A DNA stretch of 64,000 nt, taken from the IMG/VR virus record IMGVR_UViG_3300026189_000002, positions 32,001-96,000 of that record, one strand, 5' to 3'. The translations under genes and the position numbers were made by a program. The notes under the pieces are model-generated. The model was not told the origin of the DNA, made no database searches, and saw only the letters and a program-made list of their open reading frames with translations. Shown here piece by piece: positions 17,836 through 28,400 of this stretch. The stretch is from a virus. How positions within the stretch are numbered: position 1 is the stretch's first letter; each line of letters begins with the position of its first letter.

Positions 17836-20800
17836 ATGGCTGAGCAGACATTCAGATCACCGGGATTTTTTGAAAGAGAACTTGATAGATCGGCACCGAC
17901 TGTCACACCTAACAACGCTGTACCAGCGGGTATAATAGGAACTTCTGAGAAGGGTCCGGCCTTCGTTCCAGTTACGGTTGGAAATAAAAACGATTTCAAA
18001 AATAAGTTTGGTAACAACAACATTTATAGATTTGGTCCATACGCGGCAGAAGCCATGTTTGGAAAAAACCAAAAGGCTATTACCTTTATCAGGGTTTTAG
18101 GTGCAGGTGCAAACGATAGTGTAACTGATATATCAAACACATTAACACAAGGAACAGTTAAAAACGCGGGCTTTGTTTTAAAAGGAAATGATGGCCACAG
18201 TGATGCCCATGTTCCTCCTAGAAGCAATTTAGGGGACCCGAACTCACCAACGCAGACGCTGGCTAACTTGGGCTCTAGAAAAATAGGTTCGATACAGTTC
18301 TTGACTGCTATACACAGCGTAAATGACGCAGAGCCCCAAGGATTTCCTATTTTTACAGATAATAGAAGTACTCCTATGAATGCATCTGTACCTGACGGCG
18401 TCGCTGACGGAGATGTCTCACTTCTTCGTGCAGTATTAATGACTCCAAGCGGTTCTACATTTTTAGTCGGCGATCACGACGCAGCTACAGCAGACGACTA
18501 CTTTGATACAGCTAGCACCGGTGACGTGAATCAGTTTAAGCTTCTTTTGACTTCTTCTTCCGGGGCTGGACTTGGATCTGATTTAAATGCAGGGTCTAGA
18601 CTGTTTGATATATCTTTAGACCCTAACGCTGACAACTATATTTCTAGAGTATTAAACACGAACCCTCTTAAGTTTCAAGAAGAGGAGCACTTACTTTACT
18701 TAGATTTTGCTGTAGAAAATGAAATTGCTCCAGTTAAAACCGGTGGTGGTGCAGCAAATAATAGAAACGGGTCAACAGTAGCTTTGCTGATGGGTTCTAA
18801 TAACAATACCGCAGCCGGCGGAATTAGCAATTCTCCATTTAGGGATCTCTTTGGAAGATATGATACCAGATATCAAACGGCTAGAACATCCGCATTTATA
18901 TCTCAGCCCTATGGATCCAAAGAATACGAGCTTTTTCATTTTGAAACAATAGACGACGGAGCATCTGCATCAGATGAATTTAAGGTATCTATAGCAAACT
19001 TGAGAGCGTCTAACGATGAATCTAATCCTTATGGAACTTTTGAGGTTCAAATAAGGTCTTTTTCTGATTCAGACAAAGGACCAGAAATATTAGAGCGATA
19101 TCCTTTTTGTAACTTAAATCCATCTTCAGACGACTTCGTCGCAAAAAAGATTGGAGACTATAAAGCAAGATATGACTTTGATCAAGCTGATCCTGATGAG
19201 CGTAGAATAGTAGTAACAGGAAGATATCCCAATATGTCTTCTAGAGTAAGAATTGTAATCAACGAAGATGTATATAGTTCTGAAGTTCCAAGTAATGCTC
19301 TGCCTTTTGGCTTTAAAGGAATCCCGGTTTTAAGAACGTCGAATACTTTAACAGATAGGTCGGCTAATCCTTTACCAGGAGGAACAGCTGAAGCAGCAAC
19401 AGCTAGACTCGCTGCTCCTTCATCAGGAATAGAAGCTGACGAGTCGCCGTTAGCACTTCAGCACGCAGTAGTGCCACCTCTTCCGTTTACTTTTAAAGTA
19501 ACTAGAGGCGAACTTTCACAAGCAGCAGGCGCTGCTTATTTATTCACTGGTATGCCCAGCGATACAGAAAGAGTTGACAGTGCTTACTACTGGGGAGTTA
19601 AAACAACACGCCTCCCGCGCGCTGTAGACGTAGGTAGCGATGCAACTGCTGTTAGAAGATCGAATGAGAGTTCTATAATTAACCCGTTGGTTAGAGCATA
19701 TACTAAATTTCAAGGAATAGAAAAGCTTGATGTTTTAGTAACAGGCTCTTCTAACGTAGACGATTTTAATGATAATAAGTTTACATTGGCCAGAGTGGCT
19801 TTTTCACAAACTGGAACTGACTTAGGATCTATACAAACAGATTTTTCTGGTTCAGCTAGAGAGCACATGAAAGATGCTGCCTACATAAGAAACGGGGAAC
19901 CTAACACAGTAACTTATACAGTAAACGACATAGACGCGAATGGACGACTTAACGGCGCTGTAGATAAGACAGACCGGTTTACGATGGCTAGCCTTTTAGC
20001 TACCAGTTCAATTATATTTAATAGATTTTCTTCTTACGCAAAATTTACTAACATATTCTACGGCGGTTTTGACGGCGTTAACATCCTGGATAGAGACCAG
20101 ACGTTTTTTAGAGATAGAGCTCTATCTGCAGACTCTGACGGAAAAGCTAGAAAGGTAACTGGCGCTCCTGAAATAGTAGATAACGGCATAGCTGTTTCTA
20201 GTGCGACTGAAAATCCATTTGGATCAGGAAGAAAAAACAATTACGTCGCTTCTATTAATAGAGCGATCGATATCATGACTGACCCTACTGCTACTCGCGT
20301 TAATATACTCGCAATACCAGGAGTAAGAGAGCCCTTTGTTACTGATCACGCATTAGAAAAAACAAAGCAATACGGCCAAGCACTATACGTCATGGATAGC
20401 ATTCAGTACGATGAGCTAGGAAACAGGTTATACGACGACTCCGCCGCTCGCCCGGACGTAAGAGAGACATCAGAAAAATTTGAGGCTAGAGGACTAGACA
20501 ATAATTACGGAGCTACTTATTTTCCAGACGTTTTTATAAGCGACCAAGATAACAACCAAGTCGTAAAAATGCCATCTAGTATCCCAGCTCTGGCTACTCT
20601 ATCAAATACGGACGATTTAAGAGCACCGTGGTTTGCTCCTGCTGGTTTTGCTAGAGGGGCATTAGATTTTGTTGTCAACGTAGACGTAAGATTATCTTCA
20701 GAAGACAGAGACGTCTTATACGACTCTAGAATCAACCCAATTGCGGTTTTTCCAAGAGCAGGCTTCGTAATTTTTGGTCAAAAAACTCTGCAGCAAGCTA

Positions 20801-21126
20801 AATCTGCTCTAGATAGAGTTAACGTCAGAAGATTAATGGTAGAAGTAAAAAGAAAGATTGTAGGAATTGCCCTAAATCTTCTTTTTGAGCCTAACAATGG
20901 AACCACGAGAGCAACATTTATTTCTGAAGCAGCGAGCGCTTTAGCAAATATACAACTCGGTGCAGGCATAGAGTCATTTAATATTGTTATGGATGATTCA
21001 AATAATTCACAGGAGGACATAGATTCAAACCGCCTAAACGGTAGAATCGAAGTTGTTCCTACTCGTGCCGTAGAGTTTATAGCAATCGACTTTGTTATAA
21101 CAAATAGCGGCGTAGAGTTTAATTAA
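17836..21126 (+). CDS. Tail sheath protein 1
   Basis: N-terminal SPG..RE.D and GPAFVP. C-terminal PWFAPAG, INPI, GQKTL and DRVNVRRL. Confidence 0.95.
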   Translation: MAEQTFRSPGFFERELDRSAPTVTPNNAVPAGIIGTSEKGPAFVPVTVGNKNDFKNKFGNNNIYRFGPYAAEAMFGKNQKAITFIRVLGAGANDSVTDISNTLTQGTVKNAGFVLKGNDGHSDAHVPPRSNLGDPNSPTQTLANLGSRKIGSIQFLTAIHSVNDAEPQGFPIFTDNRSTPMNASVPDGVADGDVSLLRAVLMTPSGSTFLVGDHDAATADDYFDTASTGDVNQFKLLLTSSSGAGLGSDLNAGSRLFDISLDPNADNYISRVLNTNPLKFQEEEHLLYLDFAVENEIAPVKTGGGAANNRNGSTVALLMGSNNNTAAGGISNSPFRDLFGRYDTRYQTARTSAFISQPYGSKEYELFHFETIDDGASASDEFKVSIANLRASNDESNPYGTFEVQIRSFSDSDKGPEILERYPFCNLNPSSDDFVAKKIGDYKARYDFDQADPDERRIVVTGRYPNMSSRVRIVINEDVYSSEVPSNALPFGFKGIPVLRTSNTLTDRSANPLPGGTAEAATARLAAPSSGIEADESPLALQHAVVPPLPFTFKVTRGELSQAAGAAYLFTGMPSDTERVDSAYYWGVKTTRLPRAVDVGSDATAVRRSNESSIINPLVRAYTKFQGIEKLDVLVTGSSNVDDFNDNKFTLARVAFSQTGTDLGSIQTDFSGSAREHMKDAAYIRNGEPNTVTYTVNDIDANGRLNGAVDKTDRFTMASLLATSSIIFNRFSSYAKFTNIFYGGFDGVNILDRDQTFFRDRALSADSDGKARKVTGAPEIVDNGIAVSSATENPFGSGRKNNYVASINRAIDIMTDPTATRVNILAIPGVREPFVTDHALEKTKQYGQALYVMDSIQYDELGNRLYDDSAARPDVRETSEKFEARGLDNNYGATYFPDVFISDQDNNQVVKMPSSIPALATLSNTDDLRAPWFAPAGFARGALDFVVNVDVRLSSEDRDVLYDSRINPIAVFPRAGFVIFGQKTLQQAKSALDRVNVRRLMVEVKRKIVGIALNLLFEPNNGTTRATFISEAASALANIQLGAGIESFNIVMDDSNNSQEDIDSNRLNGRIEVVPTRAVEFIAIDFVITNSGVEFN

Positions 21127-21164
21127 AATAGTATTTAAGGAATGAGGATTTTAGGAGACACTAA

Positions 21165-24100
21165 ATGGCAGAGTTAACATTCAAGAGTCCAGGAGTAAGC
21201 ACAAGAGAGATAGACCATTCGGGTCCTACTCCACAATCACCCACGGGTGTACCGGCCGGAATTATAGGCCCCTCAGTTAGAGGGCCTGCATTTGTTCCAG
21301 TCACTGTCGCAACATTTCAGGACTTTGTTAACAAGTTCGGTAACGCTGATGGTAAAAAGTTTGGTCCTATAGCCATGAATGAGTGGTTAAACAATGCTGG
21401 ATCAGGAACTTATGTTAGAGTCTTAGGCGTTGGAGATGGAAAAAAGAGAAACGCTGATGGAACTGTAACAAACGCAGGCTTTGTTGTTGGATCTGATAAG
21501 CCGCAAGAAAACGGTTTGATAGGAAACAACGAGTATGCAGAAAGCGGAAGCGTTCCAGCAGTTACAGCTAAAGCCCACCTAGAAACAGCTGGAGTTGCTA
21601 GTGCTGAAGTAGACATAGACGTTGGTAATGCAGACAACGCCCGCTCAACTTTAACACTAGAGGATACAGAAGGCAATTCTTCTGAGTTTATGTTTGTTAA
21701 TTCTGAGTCTCCTCGGGTTGTATTAACTTCCGGTACAGCAATTCAGGCCGACGACCCTATAGACGCTCTCGCCGGCGAGAATCCCGCAGCCGGGGATACA
21801 GCTCAAGCGAATGATGCAGGCCGTATTGCAATAGCTCCTATAGGAACAGGGGGATCTGCACCAACCGCATCTATAAGACTAAAGCAAAGCGATCCCGCAA
21901 GTTTAGACGCACTGGCGGTTGACGACGGATCTTCTTTCGACATTGATATACCAGCTGCTGCTCCAAGCTCGGTCTCTGGAACGCTTACTATTAAGTTTGT
22001 AGCTGAAGCCAGCGTTACTTTAGACCAAGCAACCGATGGCGAGTTGAATACAGTTATAATAGTAACAGACAAGGATGACGGAGCCGACGGCTCGGAAGAA
22101 AACGCATTAAGATTAATCAAAGCAATTTTAGAAGGAACTGACATTACCACGGTGCAGCGCGAAGATGGCGTTACTAATTTCGATAATGCTTCAGTTCTTT
22201 ACGCTTCTACAGGCGCTGTCGGTAGATTAGGACAAAACGATTACGGCCTAAGCGCTACGATAACAAGCCAAGTGCCTAACGGGGCCGGCGATGCAGTCGA
22301 GACTGGTGCTTCTATTGCAATTGCTTCTGTAGTAACCAGTACTTTGGCTCATAGAATAAGCATACAGACTGCGAATAACGACGCTGTACTGTCTATGGGG
22401 CCTGATGCTGCTGGATTACAAGCAGTAGAAGCCGCTGAAGCGACCACTCAAAACCTGGTTGGCGCTGTTATTACAAACGCAAACTTGCTAAGCGCAATAA
22501 AAGATGCTGTAAACGCTCAAGCCGGATTAAATATTACAGCCGGAAATGTAGACGGTAATGTCCTTCAGTTAGATCAAGACACTGCAGGCGACACTACAAC
22601 TGCAATCGGTCAGACTGGGACTTTCGATGGAGACGATACTTTGATTGTTGCCGGCGGAACAAAAGCTGCACCTGCAGAAAATGCAGCAAATCGATTTGGC
22701 GGTGGCGACGACGGAGTAGCTGCTGCAGATTTATACGCCGGAAGAACATACGTTTTAGGCGCATTTATGGTAGACGCCAACAGCAGCGGTCTGCTAGCTG
22801 ACGCTGGAATTACCAATAACGCCGGCGGAGGTGCCCCTGTAGCTCGTGGTATTTTAATGTGCCCAGCAGGCGTTATACCTTCAATAAAGTCTGTTAGAAA
22901 TTCAAATACGACCCCACAAGGAGTTCACACACAGGATTTAACAGCAGCCAATAGAAATCCAACCAATCACGATTCTCCTGGGTCTTACCCTAGGTTTGGA
23001 CCTAACTTTATGGCAGGAAATGAAGTAGGGGATTTAAATGATGATCTAACTACTTTTGACCTTTACCTTAACGGACTAAAGATTACGGGCAACGAATATA
23101 TTAACAGCCGCACTTTAAAAATCTCCTTTGATCCAGATCAGCCCTCTTATTTTGTTAACAAATTAAATACTGATCCAAGCAAGATCGAAGAGATGGGCCA
23201 CTATCTCTATATGCACTTTGATATAAGCAAGCAATTTGCAACAATTGAAAACAGCGACGGCGTCAATGCAAATGACGACAATTCTGGAAGGCATGCCGTT
23301 TTCTGTTTACCTACTCAACAGCTTAGGGATACAAGCGTACCAAGCGCTAACGACCTTATCGGTGTTCCTAACCTGGAGTCTTTTGAGGATAGATATTCAA
23401 CTGCAGTTTCACCTTTTGTTATATCTCAAAAGTTCGGTGGAAGAAATAGAGACCTGTTTAGGTTCCACGCTTTAGATGATGGCGCTGTTGGGGCTGGAGC
23501 TTATAAGATAACCATAGAAAATATAACATCCTCCAGATCGGGCGCTAATCCTTTTGGAAAATTTGACGTATTGGTAAGAAAGTTTGACGATACGGATAAA
23601 ACCCCGTTTGTTTTAGAAGCTTATAGGGGCGTCAATATCGACCCTTCATCGGATCGTTATATAGCAAAAGTCATAGGCGATACTCACGCCTATTACGATT
23701 TTGATAAGAGTGCCGCAAGTCAAAAACTAGTTATATCGGGAAGATATGATAACAACTCTTCTTATGTACGCGTAGAAGTTTCTGACGATTTACTAAACAA
23801 CAACATAGATAATACGGCTTTACCATTTGGGTTTCGAGGGTTAAACCACATGGTTTTTGACGGAACTGCTAAAGTAAATGCAAACGCAGGCGGAAATACC
23901 GGCTGTTCATCTATATTGGATCACGGTGATTGCGACACCGGTATCAAAGTAGACTTTCAGACTGTAAAGATGCCTCCTGTGCCTATGAGAGAAAGATTGT
24001 CGGTTGGAACAGGCGTAAAGAAATCACTGGATTCTGATTTAACGTGGGGAGTTCAGTTTGAAGTTAAACCTAATCCTGCCGAGCCTAATGCTGGAAAGAA

Positions 24101-25451
24101 GATAGATGCATCTATACTTTCTCACGTAAGATTTATGCCATCTTTTGATACAACGGGATTAAAGTCTTCTGTAGGAAATAACGCTGGAGTCGCAGACATA
24201 GCAGGGGCTATATTGGATTCCGATCGTTATAACAACAATAAATTCTCTTTAGAAAATATAGCTGTTATACTCTCAGGGGATAAACCTGACAAAGAGCTTT
24301 GGGCTTATAGCAGATATATTAGAAACGGCGTTAACCCAGGAACTCTAGACGATGATGAGGGCGTTGCTCAAGTAGCTAGGTTAATAATCCCTTCGGATCT
24401 AGAAAACAATGCTGTTACAAAATACATGAAGTTTACACTACCTTTGACTGGTGGATTTGACGGAACAGATAAATTTGTTAAGTCTAAGGTTGAATTTACT
24501 AATGAAGCTGTTCACAACGAATCTTCAGATCCTAATGAAAATTCTGTAAGCTCTGCCACTATAGCCTCTTATAGAAAAGCAATTGACGTTATGGAAGAAA
24601 GAGCGGATGTTGATATTCAGTTGCTTTCTGTTCCTGGAATAAGGAATCCAAAGGTAACAGATTACGCAATGGAATCTGTAGAAAGACGATTCGACGCGCT
24701 GTATATTATGGATATAGAAGAAAGAGACGCGCAAAATAATGTTATTCTTTCTGATGCGCCTGTTTCTGTTTCAAACACGGTTGCTGGATTTTTAAATAGA
24801 GATATCGACAGCTCTTTTGCTGCCGCGTATGCTCCGGATGTTATTATAAAAGATCCAGGAACCGGCACAAACGTAAAATGTCCCCCGTCCGTTGCAGTAC
24901 TGGGAGCTATCAGCTTAAACGATACCATAAAACATCCTTGGTTTGCGCCTGCTGGATTTAACAGGGCGTCTTTACCTTCTACAGTTGAAGTAAATACTAG
25001 GCTCAACAGATCAAATTTAGATGATCTATATGATGCAAAAATAAACCCAATAACTAAGTTCCCTGCAGCTGCTGGTACAACTCAGGCTAACCCTGTTATA
25101 TGGGGCCAAAAGACTCTTCTTGCAGCTCCGTCTGCTTTAGATAGAATAAATGTAAGAAGGCTTTTAATAAATGTAAGAAGAAAAGTCAGGGCTGAAGCAA
25201 ACAAAATATTGTTTGAACCAAATAGAGAAAGTACACTAGCACAGTTTAGCGCTGCGGTTAATCCGATATTAGCTGATATACAAGCTAATCAGGGTGTCGA
25301 TAGATTTAAGGTCGTTATTGATACTTCAACGACAACTCAAGCGGATGTAGAGAATAATACCATTAGGGGCAAAATATTCTTGCAGCCGACTAGATCGCTA
25401 GAATTTGTTAGTTTAGACTTTGTTGTTAAAAATGCAGGCGCTGACATTTAA
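21165..25451 (+). CDS. Tail sheath protein 2 (large nested insertion)
   Basis: Motifs SPGVSTREID, GPAFVP, PWFAPAG, INPI, GQKTL and DRINVRRL. Confidence 0.95.
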   Translation: MAELTFKSPGVSTREIDHSGPTPQSPTGVPAGIIGPSVRGPAFVPVTVATFQDFVNKFGNADGKKFGPIAMNEWLNNAGSGTYVRVLGVGDGKKRNADGTVTNAGFVVGSDKPQENGLIGNNEYAESGSVPAVTAKAHLETAGVASAEVDIDVGNADNARSTLTLEDTEGNSSEFMFVNSESPRVVLTSGTAIQADDPIDALAGENPAAGDTAQANDAGRIAIAPIGTGGSAPTASIRLKQSDPASLDALAVDDGSSFDIDIPAAAPSSVSGTLTIKFVAEASVTLDQATDGELNTVIIVTDKDDGADGSEENALRLIKAILEGTDITTVQREDGVTNFDNASVLYASTGAVGRLGQNDYGLSATITSQVPNGAGDAVETGASIAIASVVTSTLAHRISIQTANNDAVLSMGPDAAGLQAVEAAEATTQNLVGAVITNANLLSAIKDAVNAQAGLNITAGNVDGNVLQLDQDTAGDTTTAIGQTGTFDGDDTLIVAGGTKAAPAENAANRFGGGDDGVAAADLYAGRTYVLGAFMVDANSSGLLADAGITNNAGGGAPVARGILMCPAGVIPSIKSVRNSNTTPQGVHTQDLTAANRNPTNHDSPGSYPRFGPNFMAGNEVGDLNDDLTTFDLYLNGLKITGNEYINSRTLKISFDPDQPSYFVNKLNTDPSKIEEMGHYLYMHFDISKQFATIENSDGVNANDDNSGRHAVFCLPTQQLRDTSVPSANDLIGVPNLESFEDRYSTAVSPFVISQKFGGRNRDLFRFHALDDGAVGAGAYKITIENITSSRSGANPFGKFDVLVRKFDDTDKTPFVLEAYRGVNIDPSSDRYIAKVIGDTHAYYDFDKSAASQKLVISGRYDNNSSYVRVEVSDDLLNNNIDNTALPFGFRGLNHMVFDGTAKVNANAGGNTGCSSILDHGDCDTGIKVDFQTVKMPPVPMRERLSVGTGVKKSLDSDLTWGVQFEVKPNPAEPNAGKKIDASILSHVRFMPSFDTTGLKSSVGNNAGVADIAGAILDSDRYNNNKFSLENIAVILSGDKPDKELWAYSRYIRNGVNPGTLDDDEGVAQVARLIIPSDLENNAVTKYMKFTLPLTGGFDGTDKFVKSKVEFTNEAVHNESSDPNENSVSSATIASYRKAIDVMEERADVDIQLLSVPGIRNPKVTDYAMESVERRFDALYIMDIEERDAQNNVILSDAPVSVSNTVAGFLNRDIDSSFAAAYAPDVIIKDPGTGTNVKCPPSVAVLGAISLNDTIKHPWFAPAGFNRASLPSTVEVNTRLNRSNLDDLYDAKINPITKFPAAAGTTQANPVIWGQKTLLAAPSALDRINVRRLLINVRRKVRAEANKILFEPNRESTLAQFSAAVNPILADIQANQGVDRFKVVIDTSTTTQADVENNTIRGKIFLQPTRSLEFVSLDFVVKNAGADI

Positions 25452-25469
25452 TAGTTAAAAGGGTTATCT

Positions 25470-28400
25470 ATGTCAGAGTTCCCGCTAAAACACTCGGGAG
25501 TAACAGCCCGCTTTACAACAGGCAGTGTAAATACAGGTTCGTCTAACGTAATCACCGGTATTCCGTACTGTTTGATTGGCACTTCTGTATCCGGCCCTGC
25601 TTTTGTTCCGCTTTCTTTTGGAAATAAAGAAAAATTTAGCCAGATTCACGGAGATTTAGTTTCCGACCACTTGGCTCAAGTTACTACTGACGAGCTGTTA
25701 AATCTAGAACAAGATGTGACTTTTGTTAGAATATTAGGCACCGGTGACGGCAAACCTAGAAACTTAGATGGAACAGTAACCAACGCTGGATTTATTGTAG
25801 GCGAAAATCAAATTCAAAACAACGTAGTAATAGATACTAGGCCTACAATTAACAATAATCAACAGATGGATGAAATAGTAGAAACAAATACTCTGCTAGA
25901 AAGATCTTTAGGCAATAATAAATTTTCTCATTCTCCAATAAACACTGCTGAGGCATCAAATTCTCACGGTAGAACTTATATATTAGGCTGTTTTTTAAAG
26001 CCTTATATAATAAGCAGGGTCGCCGGTGGTGGCTTGTTTGATCTTCCTGATAATAGCAAAATAAATACTTTTACCAGGTCTGGAATAGACATGAGTAAAA
26101 AGTCTGCTCCTATAATCAGAGCAGTCATAATGGCGGCATCAGGTGTTTCACTTTCAGTATCATCTTCTATTGAAAATACTCATAACGAACCAATAGATCA
26201 AGGGGTTACTGGGATATTTGGAATAGGTAAAGACGCAGGCCATCAAATTGGCAATGTAGATAAAGGCCCGGGTGGTGCTCTTCAAGAATTTTGTTTGTTT
26301 CAAAATGGGCATAAAGATGCTTCAAAAAGAAAATTAAATCTCAGCTTTGATAAAACAAATGATAGATTTTTTGCCTCTATATTGAATAGAGATCCAGATA
26401 GGCTTGAAGAAGAAGGCCACTATCTTTATACTAGCTATGATGACGTATATTTTTCTGATGCAGTCGTCGACAATGCTTACACAAATGCTACTCCTAAAGC
26501 ACCGGAGGTTCAAGGAGATCAAGAGCTGCAGGGGATTGAAGATGGAGAATATTCGGTTTTTTGTCTAAGAACAAATTCTGGAATTGGAGCGCAGGCTCAA
26601 CAAAAAGTATTAATTGCTCATGACGACGGCTTAAATGGAGAAACTATAATCATTACTATCCCTGCTAATATTCACGGTCAGGGAATACCCGCTCAAGCTA
26701 CGCCAATAACTATTAAAATAAAAACTGTAGAAGCAGTAATTGAAGATTTAGATGGGCTAACAAATACTATCGTGGTCTCTATTGCAGGTTTGCAAGGCGT
26801 AGCCCTTGCAAGAATAGAAATAGCACAGAGAATCAAAGAAGTCTTAAACAGAAAACTAGATGATCAAGGAAATCCAGATTTTCTTCACCATGTTCATAAT
26901 TTGCCGGCAGAACTAACTTCTAGTGAATCCCTAATAAAAGGCATAATAGCAGAACACGATCCTGCGGTAGACACAGTTAATTTAATACTAAAGGCATTAG
27001 GCAACGGAATATACGGAAACTCTATTTTAATAGAAACTTCTGATGAATCAAAGATAGCCGCTCAAGGATCCACTTTTGAGGGCGGCATAGATAATCAGCC
27101 AGGATCTTCCGGAACAACTTCCACAGAAGACTATTTGGGTATTCCTAATTTTGAAAAATTTAGAAATAGATATACTCATCCTAAAACCCCGTTTTTTGTT
27201 TCCCAGACAGTTAATGGAAGAGTATACGATCTTTTTAGGTTACACGCCGTATCAGATGGAGAGCATAAGGAGCCAATAGTTGCAACTATAAAACAAATAA
27301 GCCCTTCGGCTTCTTCATTTCAGAACAGAATAGAAAATACTTCAGACCGTCAAGTTAATGTAGATTTATATGGAACGTTTTCTTTAGAGATATCTGGGTC
27401 GATTATAGGCGATCCTATACTGGCAGATAACTTAAGTTTAGACCCTAGTAGTCCGGACTTTATCTCTAGAAGAATAGGCGACGTGCACTTGTATCACAAC
27501 CTTGATTCTTCTGAAAAAACTGTAGTAGCTGGAAAATATCCAGCTTTCTCTAATGATCCTCAGACTTTTGGAAAAATAAGAGTAGAAGTAAACCCGGCAA
27601 TCGAAAGAAAAGAAATACCACCAGAGTGTTTACCCTTCGGCTTCAGAGGAATGCCGCACTTAGCAACGGCAGGAAATACAGATGCTAATTCAAACGGCAT
27701 TTTTTATTTGCAAGATGATTGCCCTGCGGTCATTAAAAATATGCTAAATTCAGTAACAGAACCTCCTTTCCCATTAAGAGACAGAATTTGGGTAGATTTA
27801 AACTCTGAACCATCTGTAACAAACGTTAGTTGGGGAGCAGCAACTCAAGTATTAGGTACAAACAAAAACTTGTTTAACAACATGTCTTTTACAAGATATT
27901 TTCCAGATTTTAATACTAACATTCAAAATCCATGGATTGTTGATAATACTAGCAAAACAATTCTCGGTGGCAAAGAAATTAATAACGACAAATTTAATAA
28001 TAATGGATTTTCTTTAGAGAAAATATTAGTTCCTTGCAATGCAGATGAAGACGGCGTAAAGTCTATATTAGGCACATTTACAGACGGTGATATTACTAAC
28101 CCCAGGGATCTTCCAGGATACTTTTGGAAAGCGGCCAGGTATATTAGGGATGGTATAGACGACGGCGGTATTCTTCTCAACTATCCAAATAAAGACGACA
28201 CGCGATTTAATTTAAGTGCCGGTAATTCTACAAAGTTTCTAGAATTAAAAGACTTATTAAACACCGGTGTCCAAACATTGGCAAAATTTTCTTGTTTGTT
28301 TTATGGCGGATTTGACGGATTAAATATTTTTGACAAGCAAAAAAGAAATATGACAAATTTGGCTCTGTATGATGAGCAGTCAGAGTTAAGCCATAATAAA

